A DNA stretch of 64,000 bases from positions 13,885-77,884 of the forward strand of contig JAHLKU010000004.1 in the NCBI GenBank assembly GCA_020444505.1, read 5' to 3'. The translations under genes were made by a program, and so were the position numbers. Below the pieces are notes generated by a model, which had not been told where the DNA came from, searched no databases, and worked only from the letters and a program-made list of their open reading frames with translations. This document shows positions 51,974 to 61,486 of the stretch, piece by piece (position 1 is the first letter of the stretch; each line of letters opens with the position of its first letter). The DNA comes from Actinomycetota bacterium. GTDB lineage: Bacteria; Actinomycetota; Acidimicrobiia; Spongiisociales; UBA11373.

Positions 51974-52239
51974 GGCGGCTGAACCCGTGGATCGCGGTGC
52001 CGGTGCTGATCGCCACGGTCGCAGGCGGCGTGATCGGCTTCCAGGTCACCAGGGTCTCGTGCAGCGGGGGATGCCTGTGGGCGGCCGCCGCCGTCGGCCT
52101 CCTCTCGGCGATCGCAGCGCTCGTCGGGGTCGGCACCGTCCTGGTGCTCGCCGACCGCTCCGTCGCCGAGTGGCGGGAGCAGCAGGCACGCGGCGGGCCC
52201 CCGCCGCCGCCGGAGGACCCCGGCCCGCCGACCTGCTGA
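51970..52239 (+). CDS. hypothetical small membrane protein
   Basis: ATG overlapping the previous stop (ATGA); MRRLNPWIAVPVLIATVAGGVIGF TM helix, a second TM, and a Pro-rich tail. Confidence 0.3.
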   Translation: MRRLNPWIAVPVLIATVAGGVIGFQVTRVSCSGGCLWAAAAVGLLSAIAALVGVGTVLVLADRSVAEWREQQARGGPPPPPEDPGPPTC

Positions 52240-52243
52240 GACC

Positions 52244-53245
52244 TCAGCCCGGGCGGCCGCCTCCCACCAGCGCCCGCACCAGCGGCTCCCACCGCTCCAG
52301 GACATCGCCGGGGTCCACACCCAGTTCGGGGGCGATCGCCACCGAGTTGCCGAGCACGAGGAACCGGCCGAGGCGGAAGACGTCTACCTCTCCCGGGTGG
52401 CGCTCCGGCCACGGCGCCACGGTCTCGTAGCCCGACCGGAAGCCCTCGAGCCACGCCGGGTACTCCGGGCGCCGTCCCAGGTACCAGAGGGCGGTGGCCA
52501 CGTCCTGCACCGGCCACCCCCACATCAGGTCCTCGAAGTCGAAGGGCGCCAGGCCGCCGCGCCCTGCCTTCACGTTCCAGGGGTGCAGATCGCCGTGCAG
52601 GATCTGCATCGGCGCCCCGCAGCCGCGCAGCCGCCGCAGCCCCTCCTCCACCAGGTCCCTGGCCTGCTCGTACACCCGGCGCCGCCCCGGCGGCAACGCG
52701 TCGGGACCCAGGTCGAACAGCACCCACGGCTCGTCGAACGGGTCGAGGCGGTCGTAGCGGGCCGTCGGGCCCCCGCCGGGCGGCCGGTAGGACGCCCCGT
52801 GGGCGTGCAACCGCGCCATCAGGGCGCCGTAGGCCGGCATGACCGCCGCCGACAGCCGCTCGTCCAGCAGCCTGCCCGGCAGCCAGGTGAACACCACCAC
52901 GTGCCGTGCGCCCGGCACGCCCGCTGCGGACGCGGTCACGAACCGGCGCCCGTCGCGCGCCGGGACCGGCGCAGGGACGGGGATGTCGGTGTCGGCGGCC
53001 AGAGCCGCCAGCCACCCGGTCTCGGCGGCCACCTGCTCGGGAGCGTGCCCGATGTCGCCTCCGAGCCCCACCCGGACGACGTACTTCCCCCCGGCGGCGG
53101 TGTCGAGGCGGAACACGCCGTTGGTGTCGTTGCTCAGCAGGCGCAGCCGGGCCGGCTCCAGGTCGTAGTGCGCCAGGGCGGCCGCCACCACCCGCCGCAA
53201 CCGGCGGGCCTGCCCCACCGGGGTCAGGGCGGTGTAGTCCTGCAC
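52244..53245 (-). CDS. phosphotransferase enzyme family protein (APH/choline-kinase-like kinase)
   Basis: Brenner motif HGDLHPWN and DFEDLMWG (DxD) typical of the APH family. Confidence 0.7.
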   Translation of the reverse strand: MQDYTALTPVGQARRLRRVVAAALAHYDLEPARLRLLSNDTNGVFRLDTAAGGKYVVRVGLGGDIGHAPEQVAAETGWLAALAADTDIPVPAPVPARDGRRFVTASAAGVPGARHVVVFTWLPGRLLDERLSAAVMPAYGALMARLHAHGASYRPPGGGPTARYDRLDPFDEPWVLFDLGPDALPPGRRRVYEQARDLVEEGLRRLRGCGAPMQILHGDLHPWNVKAGRGGLAPFDFEDLMWGWPVQDVATALWYLGRRPEYPAWLEGFRSGYETVAPWPERHPGEVDVFRLGRFLVLGNSVAIAPELGVDPGDVLERWEPLVRALVGGGRPG

Positions 53246-53252
53246 CGGCGCC

Positions 53253-54869
53253 TCAGATGCCGGCGTAGAAGTCGTTCCCCTTGTCGTCCACCACCACGAA
53301 CGCCGGGAAGTCCTCGACCTCGATGCGCCACACGGCCTCCATGCCGAGCTCGGGATACTCGAGCACCTCGACCTTGGTGATGCTGTCCCTGGCGAGGATG
53401 GCGGCCGGGCCGCCGATCGAGCCCAGGTAGAACCCGCCGTGCTCCCTGCAGGCGTCGGTCACCTGCTGCGAGCGGTTCCCCTTCGCCAGCATGACCATGC
53501 TCCCCCCGGCGGCCTGGAACGGCCCCACGTAGGGATCCATCCTGCCGGCCGTGGTGGGGCCGAACGATCCGGAGGCATACCCCTCGGGGGTCTTGGCCGG
53601 GCCGGCGTAGTACACGATGTGGTCCCGCAGGTAGTCCGGCATCCCCTCGCCGGCGTCGAGCCGCTCCTTGATGCGGGCGTGGGCGATGTCGCGGGCCACC
53701 ACCATCGGCCCGCTCAGGGACAGCCGGGTCGCCACCGGGTACTGCGACAGCGTCGCCCGGATCTCCTCCATGGGACGGGTGAGGTCGATGCGGACGGCGT
53801 CGCCGGGGATGGCCACCGCGCCGGGGTCGGGCAGGAACCGTGCCGGGTCTCGCTCCAGCGCCTCCAGGAACACGCCGTCGCGGGTGATCTTCGCCTTCAC
53901 CTGGCGGTCGGCGGAGCACGACACCCCGAGCCCGACGGGGCACGACGCCCCGTGGCGGGGCAGGCGGATCACCCTCACGTCGTGGCAGAAGTACTTGCCG
54001 CCGAACTGGGCGCCGATGCCGGTCTCCCTGGTCGCCTGCAGCACCTTCTCCTCCCACTCGAGGTCGCGGAAGGCCCGGCCGTGCTCGTTGCCGCTGGTGG
54101 GCAGCGCGTCCAGGTAGCGGGCGCTCGCCAGCTTCACCGTCCGCAACGTCAGCTCGGCCGAGGTGCCGCCCACCACCAGCGCCAGGTGGTACGGGGGGCA
54201 GGCCGCCGTGCCCAGCAGCCGGATCTTCTCGGCCACGAACGCGGCGAGCGACTCCGGGTTCAGCAGCGCCTTGGTCTCCTGGAAGAGGAAGGTCTTGTTG
54301 GCCGAGCCGCCGCCCTTGGTGACGAACAGCAGCTCGTACTCGCCGCCGGGCGCCGCCTCGATCTCGATCTGCGCGGGCAGGTTGCTGCCGGTGTTCTGCT
54401 CCTCGAACATGCCGAGCGGGGCGAGCTGGGAGTACCGCAGGTACGACGTGGTGTAGGTGTCGTAGATGCCGTGCGACAGCCACTCGGCGTCGTCCACGCC
54501 GGTCAGCACGTCCTCGCCCTTGTGGCCCATCACGATCGCCGTGCCGGTGTCCTGGCACGACGGCAGCACCATCGCCGCCGCCACGTTGGCGTTCTTGAGC
54601 ATCTCCATGGCCACGAAGCGGTCGTTGTCGGACGCCTCAGGGTCGTCGAGGATGTTCCGCAGTTGCTGCAGGTGCCCGGGCCGGAACAGGTGGGACACGT
54701 CGCGGATCGCCTCGGCCGCCAACAGGCGGAGCGCCTCGGGCGCCACCCGGAGGATCTCCCGGTCGCCGATCGCCTGGACCTCGACGTGCTCCTTGGTCAG
54801 CAGCCGGTAGGGAGTGTCGTCCTCGCCCAGGTCGAACATCGGCTGGTAGTGGAACTCGGCCATGGCCAC
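53253..54869 (-). CDS. class I fumarate hydratase (Fe-S dependent, fused alpha/beta)
   Basis: 538 aa; near-colinear with FumA/FumB-type class I fumarases ([17 protein letters not shown]-terminal beta domain). Confidence 0.9.
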   Translation of the reverse strand: MAMAEFHYQPMFDLGEDDTPYRLLTKEHVEVQAIGDREILRVAPEALRLLAAEAIRDVSHLFRPGHLQQLRNILDDPEASDNDRFVAMEMLKNANVAAAMVLPSCQDTGTAIVMGHKGEDVLTGVDDAEWLSHGIYDTYTTSYLRYSQLAPLGMFEEQNTGSNLPAQIEIEAAPGGEYELLFVTKGGGSANKTFLFQETKALLNPESLAAFVAEKIRLLGTAACPPYHLALVVGGTSAELTLRTVKLASARYLDALPTSGNEHGRAFRDLEWEEKVLQATRETGIGAQFGGKYFCHDVRVIRLPRHGASCPVGLGVSCSADRQVKAKITRDGVFLEALERDPARFLPDPGAVAIPGDAVRIDLTRPMEEIRATLSQYPVATRLSLSGPMVVARDIAHARIKERLDAGEGMPDYLRDHIVYYAGPAKTPEGYASGSFGPTTAGRMDPYVGPFQAAGGSMVMLAKGNRSQQVTDACREHGGFYLGSIGGPAAILARDSITKVEVLEYPELGMEAVWRIEVEDFPAFVVVDDKGNDFYAGI

Positions 54870-54959
54870 CTCGCACTCGGGGTCGGGACCACTGTATCGG
54901 CCGGCCCCGCCGGTCCACCGCTGCCGGACGGCCCCCGGGGGAGGCCAACCGGCCCGGGC

Positions 54960-55574
54960 TCAGCTCCCGGCGGTGGGGTGGTCGGCCAGGAACTGGACGG
55001 CGTCCACGAACGCCTCGTAGGGGATCGCCCCGGTGGCCCTGGCGGCAACGGTGCCGTCGGCGTAGACGAACACGCTGTAGGGGAAGGCGGTGAGCCCGAC
55101 GGCGAGTGCGATCTCGCGACCCGCCGAGTCGGCGATCACCGGCACCGGCCAGTCCTGCCCGCCCAGCCACTCCGACGGCGGGTAGTACTGGGCGTTGGGG
55201 TCGGGGCTGGTGGAGACGCTGTACACGTCCACGTCCCCGGGGAGACCATCGGATCCGAACGCCGCGGCGTACTCCTCCACCTCGGACCGGCAGTGCGGGC
55301 ACCAGTGGGTCACGATGAGGATCACCTTGGGCCGGCCGTCGTTCGTGATCGAGATCGGGGTCCCGTCGAACGACGCTCCCTCCACCTCCGGCATCGCCAT
55401 GCCGACGGCGGGATCGGCGCCGGCCTCGGGGAAGGTGGGCAGCGGGTCGCCGGTGATCGTGACCGGCTGGGTCTCGCTGATGGTGGCGCCGTCGGGTTGG
55501 CTGCCCTCGGCGTCGTCGCCGCAGGCCGCGGCGAGCACGGCCAGCGCCAGCACGGCGATCAGGGTCCTCTTCAC
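54960..55574 (-). CDS. thioredoxin-like lipoprotein (TlpA/ResA family thiol-disulfide oxidoreductase)
   Basis: Lipoprotein signal (LAVLAAACG lipobox) and WCPHC active site. Confidence 0.7.
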   Translation of the reverse strand: MKRTLIAVLALAVLAAACGDDAEGSQPDGATISETQPVTITGDPLPTFPEAGADPAVGMAMPEVEGASFDGTPISITNDGRPKVILIVTHWCPHCRSEVEEYAAAFGSDGLPGDVDVYSVSTSPDPNAQYYPPSEWLGGQDWPVPVIADSAGREIALAVGLTAFPYSVFVYADGTVAARATGAIPYEAFVDAVQFLADHPTAGS

Positions 55575-55679
55575 CTGCTGCCCCCCTCTCCGGAGACGAT
55601 TCGGACGCCGCAGCGTAGCGCCGGCGGGGAGCTGCACCGCGCGATGCGTCCGCTCCGCTACGGTTCGTGGGGATCCGTC

Positions 55680-56000
55680 ATGTCCTCATCCAGAACCGAG
55701 ACGTTCCCTGCACATCCCGCAACCGTCTTCGAGGCGTTGCTCGACGCAGCCGACGGCGAGAGCCGGTACCGGGTCCACGTGGTGTCGGCCCGCGACCTGC
55801 AGGCCTTCGTCATCCGCCCCGGCAAGTCGTGGCGGCTGAGCGCGTCGGTCACCGACAACGGCTACGGCGAGGCACTGCTCCATCTGTCGTGGGAGCCGAG
55901 GACCTCCGGCGGCGCCGGGAAGTGCGCCCGCCGCCTGGTCAAGGGCATCTGCGCGACACTCGCCGACATGGAGGCGCCGCCGCCGGCCCCGCCGCGCTGA
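55680..56000 (+). CDS. hypothetical small protein
   Basis: C-terminal part of a long artefactual track ORF; plausible ATG at 55680 or 55644; no recognisable motif. Confidence 0.35.
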   Translation: MSSSRTETFPAHPATVFEALLDAADGESRYRVHVVSARDLQAFVIRPGKSWRLSASVTDNGYGEALLHLSWEPRTSGGAGKCARRLVKGICATLADMEAPPPAPPR

Positions 56001-56012
56001 GGGCGGCGCCGC

Positions 56013-57257
56013 CTACGGCGCCGTGAACACCAGCGACACGTTGTGGCCACCGAACCCGAACGAGTTCGTCATGGCCGCCCGCACCTCCGCCTCCCTCGCC
56101 GAGTTGGGCACGTAGTCGAGGTCGCAGTCGGGGTCGGGGGTCTCGTAGTTGATGGTCGGCGGGACCACGCCGTCGCGGATGGCGAGGATGCACACCAGCG
56201 ACTCGAGCGCCCCGGCGCCGCCGAGCAGATGGCCGGTCATCGACTTCGTGGACGACACGGGGATGGAGGCGGCGGCGTCCCCGAACACCGTCTTGACCGC
56301 AGCGGTCTCGGTGGCGTCGTTGGCCACCGTCGAGGTGCCGTGCGCGTTGATGTAACCGATCTCGCCCGGCTCCAGCCCGGCGTTGCGGAGGGCGTTGTCC
56401 ATGGCCCTGGCGGCGCCGGCGCCGCCGGGGCGGGGCAGGGTCACGTGGTACCCGTCCGAGGACATCCCGTAGCCGGCCACCTCGGCGTAGATGGTGGCGC
56501 CGCGTGCCACGGCGTGCTCCCGATCCTCCAGGATCAGGGCCGCAGCCCCCTCGCCCATCACGAAGCCGTCACGCCCGGCGTCGAAGGGGCGGCTCGCTCC
56601 CTGCGGGTCGTCGTTGCGGGTGCTGAGCGCCCGCGCCTGGGAGAAGCCTGCCAGGGCGAACTCGCAGATCGGGGCCTCGCCGCCACCCGCCACCATCACG
56701 TCGGCATCGCCCCTGCGGATGATCTCGGCGGCGTCGCCGATGGCGTTCGCCGACGCCGCGCACGCGGTGACGGCGCAGGTGTTGGGGCCGAACAGGTTGA
56801 ACTCGATCGACACCAGGCCGGCGGCCATGTTGGAGATGATCTGCGTGATCGCCAGCGGGCTCACCCTGGCGGGGCCCCGCTCCCGCATCGTGTCGACGCC
56901 TTCCTGGAACGAGATCATCCCGCCGATGCCGGAGCCGACCACCACCCCGGCCCGGTGCGCCGCAGGGTCGTCCTCCTCGTAGGAGATGCCCGCGTGCTCG
57001 AGCGCCTGGGCGGCGGCCGCCCAGAACAACTGGTCGTAGCGGTCCAGGCGGCGGGCCTCCTTCCGCTCGATCCACTGCTCCGGGTCGAAACCGTCGATCT
57101 GGGCGGCGAAATGCACCTTGAAGTCCGATGTGTCGAAGGCGGTGATCTCCCCCACACCCGACACCCCGGCCCGGGCGGCCTTCCAGAACGACTCCACGTC
57201 CAGCCCGAGCGGGTTCACGGTGCCCAGGCCGGTGACGACGACGCTGCGGCGGCTCAT
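56013..57257 (-). CDS. fabF: beta-ketoacyl-ACP synthase II
   Basis: Active-site Cys (TACAASANA), His-His (INAHGTST, TGHLLG), GFGGHN C-terminus. Confidence 0.9.
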   Translation of the reverse strand: MSRRSVVVTGLGTVNPLGLDVESFWKAARAGVSGVGEITAFDTSDFKVHFAAQIDGFDPEQWIERKEARRLDRYDQLFWAAAAQALEHAGISYEEDDPAAHRAGVVVGSGIGGMISFQEGVDTMRERGPARVSPLAITQIISNMAAGLVSIEFNLFGPNTCAVTACAASANAIGDAAEIIRRGDADVMVAGGGEAPICEFALAGFSQARALSTRNDDPQGASRPFDAGRDGFVMGEGAAALILEDREHAVARGATIYAEVAGYGMSSDGYHVTLPRPGGAGAARAMDNALRNAGLEPGEIGYINAHGTSTVANDATETAAVKTVFGDAAASIPVSSTKSMTGHLLGGAGALESLVCILAIRDGVVPPTINYETPDPDCDLDYVPNSAREAEVRAAMTNSFGFGGHNVSLVFTAP

Positions 57258-57261
57258 CCCC

Positions 57262-57504
57262 TCAGCCCAGCTTCTCCATGACCACGGTGACGGCCTCGCC
57301 GACCGTGGTGATCCGCTCGGCCTCTTCGTCGGGGATCGCCACGCCGAAGTTGTCCTCGAGGGCCATCAGCAGCTCGACCACGCCGAGGGAATCGACCTCG
57401 AGGTCCTCCTCGAACGTCGCTTCCATCGTGATCTTGTCGCGATCCAGTCCCAGTTCGTCGACCAGCAGGTCGGTCAGCTTGGCCTCTACCTCGGCGCGTT
57501 CCAT
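57262..57504 (-). CDS. acpP: acyl carrier protein
   Basis: 80 aa with the LEVDSLGVVEL phosphopantetheine attachment motif. Confidence 0.85.
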   Translation of the reverse strand: MERAEVEAKLTDLLVDELGLDRDKITMEATFEEDLEVDSLGVVELLMALEDNFGVAIPDEEAERITTVGEAVTVVMEKLG

Positions 57505-57530
57505 GGGGGCTCCTCCCTCTCCGATGCTCT

Positions 57531-58265
57531 TCAGATCGCCAGCCCGCCGTCCACGACGATCACCTGCCCGGTGACGTACGAGGCGGCGTCCGACGCAAGA
57601 TAGCCGACCACCGAGGCGACCTCCCGGGGCTCGCCGAAGCGTCCCAGGGCGATGCCGGCGGCCGCGGCCCGGCGCACGTCGTCGCCGAGCCCTGCCGTCA
57701 TGTCGGTCTCGATGAAGCCGGGGGCGACGGCGTTGGCGGTGATGCCGCGGGCGCCGACCTCCTTGGCGACCGACTTGGTGAACCCGATCAGCCCCGCCTT
57801 GGCGGCGGCGTAGTTGGCCTGGCCGGGGTTGCCGGCGATCCCCGACACCGAGGTGATCGAGATCACCCTCCCCCACCGCGCCTTCAGCATGCCCCGCAGC
57901 GCGGTGCGCGTGCACAGGTAGGCGGCCCGCAGATTGGTCTCCAGGACGGCGTCCCAGTCGTCGGGCCCCATCCGGAGCAGCAGGTTGTCGCGGGTGATGC
58001 CTGCGTTGTTCACCAGCACCTCCACCGGCCCCCACGCCCCGGTCACCTGCTCGAACATGGCGGCGACCGCATCGGCGTCACCGACGTCGGCCCCCACGGC
58101 CATCGCCTCGCCGCCGCCGGCCTCGACGGCGGCCACCACCTCCGCAGCGGCATCGGGGCTGGCGTGGTAGTTGACGGCCACCCGGTGGCCTCCTGCGGCG
58201 AGGTGCTCCGCCACGGCCCTCCCGATGCCGCGGGACGCCCCGGTGACCAGCGCGACGCGTCCCAT
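57531..58265 (-). CDS. fabG: 3-oxoacyl-ACP reductase
   Basis: ALVTGASRGIGRAVA; NAG; YAAAKAG SDR motifs; position in the fab cluster. Confidence 0.85.
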   Translation of the reverse strand: MGRVALVTGASRGIGRAVAEHLAAGGHRVAVNYHASPDAAAEVVAAVEAGGGEAMAVGADVGDADAVAAMFEQVTGAWGPVEVLVNNAGITRDNLLLRMGPDDWDAVLETNLRAAYLCTRTALRGMLKARWGRVISITSVSGIAGNPGQANYAAAKAGLIGFTKSVAKEVGARGITANAVAPGFIETDMTAGLGDDVRRAAAAGIALGRFGEPREVASVVGYLASDAASYVTGQVIVVDGGLAI

Positions 58266-59335
58266 CAGATCCCCTTCCCGTACAGGTCCACGTTGGGCTG
58301 CATCAACTCCAGGCCCGTCGCGTGGCTCTCGGGGAGGTCGGCGTCGGATTCCCCGAGCGGCTCCACCCGGGCGCCCCAGCGCAGCAGGGCGGCCGCCCAG
58401 GTCAGCCCGCCCCCGAACGCGGCCAGCACGATGTTGGCCCCCGGGGTGATGCGGCCCTGCTCGACCGCTTCGGCGATGGCGATCGGGATGGTGGCCGCCG
58501 AGGTGTTGCCGTAGGAGGCGATGTTCACGAACACCTTGGCGGGGTCGAGTCTGAGGCGGCGCGCCGTGGCGTCGATGATCCGGATGTTCGCCTGGTGCGG
58601 GATGAGCAGGTCCACGTCGTCGAGGCCCAGGCCGGCCGCCTCCACGACCCTGGTGGAGGCGTCGCCCATGGCGGCGACGGCCCGGCGGAACACCTCGGGC
58701 CCCTCCATCTGGATCACCGTGCGGCGGTCCGTGGTCGGGGCGCCTTCGGTGCCGCTGGCCGGCACGCACAGGATGTCGGCGGCGGAGCCGTCGGTGCCCA
58801 GGTCGAACGAGCGCACCCCGCCGTCCTCCTCGGACGCCTCGACGATCACCGCCCCCGCCCCGTCCCCGAACAGGACGCTGGTGGAGCGGTCGGTGAAGTC
58901 GATGAAGTAGTGCAGCTTCTCGGCGCCGATCACGGCGATCCGGTCGAAGCCGCCGGCGGCGATCATCTGCTGTGCGGTGACCAGGCCGAAGATGAACCCC
59001 GAGCACGCCGCGTTCAGGTCCATCGCGGCGGCGCCCTCGGCGCCCATCTTGTGCTGCACCAGCGAGGCGGCGCTGGGGACCAGCCGGTCCGGCGTGCAGG
59101 TGGCCACCAGGATCATGTCGAGGTCGCCCGGCTCGAGGCCGGCGGCCGCCAGGGCGCGCAGGCCCGCCACCGCCGCCATGTCGGAGGTCTCGACGTGGCT
59201 GATGCGCCGCTCCTCGATGCCGGTGCGGGTAGTGATCCACTCGTCGCTGGTGTCGGTGATGGTCTCCAGGTCGGCGTTGGAGAGCACGCCGGGCGGGACG
59301 CACTTGCCCCAGCCGGTGACGACCGCATTCCGCAT
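58265..59335 (-). CDS. fabH: beta-ketoacyl-ACP synthase III
   Basis: AACSGF active-site Cys, HQAN, GNTSAA motifs. Confidence 0.9.
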   Translation of the reverse strand: MRNAVVTGWGKCVPPGVLSNADLETITDTSDEWITTRTGIEERRISHVETSDMAAVAGLRALAAAGLEPGDLDMILVATCTPDRLVPSAASLVQHKMGAEGAAAMDLNAACSGFIFGLVTAQQMIAAGGFDRIAVIGAEKLHYFIDFTDRSTSVLFGDGAGAVIVEASEEDGGVRSFDLGTDGSAADILCVPASGTEGAPTTDRRTVIQMEGPEVFRRAVAAMGDASTRVVEAAGLGLDDVDLLIPHQANIRIIDATARRLRLDPAKVFVNIASYGNTSAATIPIAIAEAVEQGRITPGANIVLAAFGGGLTWAAALLRWGARVEPLGESDADLPESHATGLELMQPNVDLYGKGI

Positions 59336-59340
59336 CGCGT

Positions 59341-60287
59341 TCACTCCTCTCCGTCCGACGGGCCGGCCGCGAGCGCCTCGGCTGCTGCGGCGGCTTCCTC
59401 CAGCGTCGAGACCACGTGGATCTCGCCGTCCTCTATCGACCTCCTGGCGAGCCCGGCGGTTACGTCCCCCGGCCCGATGTGCACGAACGTGGTGATGCCA
59501 CCCGACGCCATCCCGGCCAGGGTCTCGTGGAATCGCACCGGCGAGGTCATCTGCTCGCCGAGGAGGGCCGCCGGTGGGCCGGCGTACGGTGCCGCCGTCG
59601 CGTTGGCCCACACCGGGAACGCCCCGGGGCCGAACGGGGCCCCGGCCAGAGCGCCCTCCAGCGCCGACGCCGCGGGCGCCATGAACGGGGAGTGGAACGC
59701 CCCCGCCACCTTCAGCGGGATCACCCTGCGCACGCCGTGCTCCCTGCCGTGGGCGGCCGCCCACTCCAGGTCGGAGGCTCCTCCGGCGACGACCACCTGC
59801 CCGGGGGCGTTGACGTTCGCCACCCAGAGCCGTCCGCCGCCGTCCCGGCATGCCTGCGCCAGCGCCTCGGCGGCCGAGGGGTCCGCGCCGAGCAGGGCCG
59901 CCATCCCCGACGGCTCCAGGGCGGCGGCCTCGGCCATCGCCGCCCCCCGCGCCGCCACGAGCCGCAGGCCGTCGGCGAACCCCAGCACCCCGGCGGCCGC
60001 CAGGGCGGTGTACTCACCGAGGGAGTGCCCGGCGGCGGCCGCCGGGGGCTCCGGGGCGACCGCGGCGAACGCCTCCCACAATGCGTAGGCGACGGCGAAG
60101 AGCGCGGGCTGGGCGCGGTCGGTGCGGGTGAGCTCCTCCTCGGGGCCGTCGGCGCACAGGCGTGCGAGCGGCCACCCCAGGATGCGGTCGGTCTCGTCGC
60201 CCAGGAGGTCGGGACGCGCCGCGAACACGTCGGCGCCCATGCCGACGGCCTGGCTCCCCTGTCCCGGGAACAGCACTGCGTAGCCCA
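59341..60287 (-). CDS. fabD: ACP S-malonyltransferase
   Basis: FPGQGSQ and GHSLGEY motifs; GTG start about 60287. Confidence 0.85.
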
Positions 60288-60343
60288 CTGGGCCCTCCCT
60301 GCGTGACGGCGGCACCGTAGCCAGATCTCCCCCGGTCTGCGCC

Positions 60344-61378
60344 TCAGCCGAGGCGCGCCGCCACGGCGGCCACCCGGCCGGCGTCCGCCCCGTCCACGTC
60401 GTGGTGGGTGCAGAATCGCAGCACGCCCGGCCGGATGTACCCGACCAGCACACCCTCGGCGGCCAGCGCCGCCCGAAACGCCTCCGCGCCGCCCGGCAGC
60501 GCCGACCCCTCCACCAGCACCATGTTGGTCTCGGGCGCCGCCGCCACCGCACCGGGGAGGCGGTCTTCCAGGGCGGCGGCCAGTCGCGCCGCCACGGCGT
60601 GGTCCTCGGCGAGCCGGGCCCTGCCTGCGAGCGCCAGCCTGCCCGCCGCAGCCAGGACGCCGGACTGGCGCATCCCGCCGCCCAGGCGCTTGCGGACCTC
60701 ACGGGCCTCGGCCACCAGCGCCCCGGTGCCGCACAGCATCGACCCGACCGGCGCACCGAGGCCCTTCGACAGGCAGAACATCACCGTGTCCGCTTCGGCG
60801 GCGAACGCCTCGGCCGCCGTGCCCGACGCCGCAGCGGCGTTGAACAGGCGCGCCCCGTCCAGGTGCACCGGGATCCCGGCCGCCCTCGCCGCCGCCGTCC
60901 CGGCGGCCATCGCCTCACGCGGCACGACCGCCCCGCCCGAGACGTTGTGGGTGTTCTCCCACACCAGCAGCGACACCTCCGGGAGGTGGTAGCCGGCCTG
61001 GGCTGCGGCGGCGGTGACCTGTTCGGGCGCCACCACCCCGCCCTCCCCCGGCACCGACCGGAAGGCGACGCCCGACAGCCAGGAGGCCGCCGCCCGCTCG
61101 TGGTTGCGGACGTGCGCCCAGTCGTTGCAGACCACCTCGGTGCCGCGACGGGATTGGAGGTGGACGGCGATCTGATTGCCCATCGTCCCGCTGGGCACGA
61201 AGAGCGCCGCCTCCTTGCCGACCGCGGCGGCGGCCTCCCGCTCCAGCGCCTCGACGGTGGGGTCCTCCCCGTAGACGTCGTCGCCGACCTCGGCGGCCGC
61301 CATGGCGGCTCGCATCTCGGCGGTGGGGCGGCTGACGGTGTCGGAGCGGAAGTCGGCGGTGCCGTCGGGAAACGCCAT
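60344..61378 (-). CDS. ltaE: low-specificity L-threonine aldolase
   Basis: PLP fold-type I with FRSDTVSRPT N-terminus, GTMGNQ, FCLSKGLGAPVGS (Lys). Confidence 0.8.
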   Translation of the reverse strand: MAFPDGTADFRSDTVSRPTAEMRAAMAAAEVGDDVYGEDPTVEALEREAAAAVGKEAALFVPSGTMGNQIAVHLQSRRGTEVVCNDWAHVRNHERAAASWLSGVAFRSVPGEGGVVAPEQVTAAAAQAGYHLPEVSLLVWENTHNVSGGAVVPREAMAAGTAAARAAGIPVHLDGARLFNAAAASGTAAEAFAAEADTVMFCLSKGLGAPVGSMLCGTGALVAEAREVRKRLGGGMRQSGVLAAAGRLALAGRARLAEDHAVAARLAAALEDRLPGAVAAAPETNMVLVEGSALPGGAEAFRAALAAEGVLVGYIRPGVLRFCTHHDVDGADAGRVAAVAARLG

Positions 61379-61486
61379 GCGATGCCTCCGGGGTGGTCCG
61401 CAGCCATCCTACGACGGCCCGCCCGGCGCCTTCCGTGCCGGTGGCGACCGAGTAGGCTTCGCCGTCGTCCCCAACCCCCACGGTCC

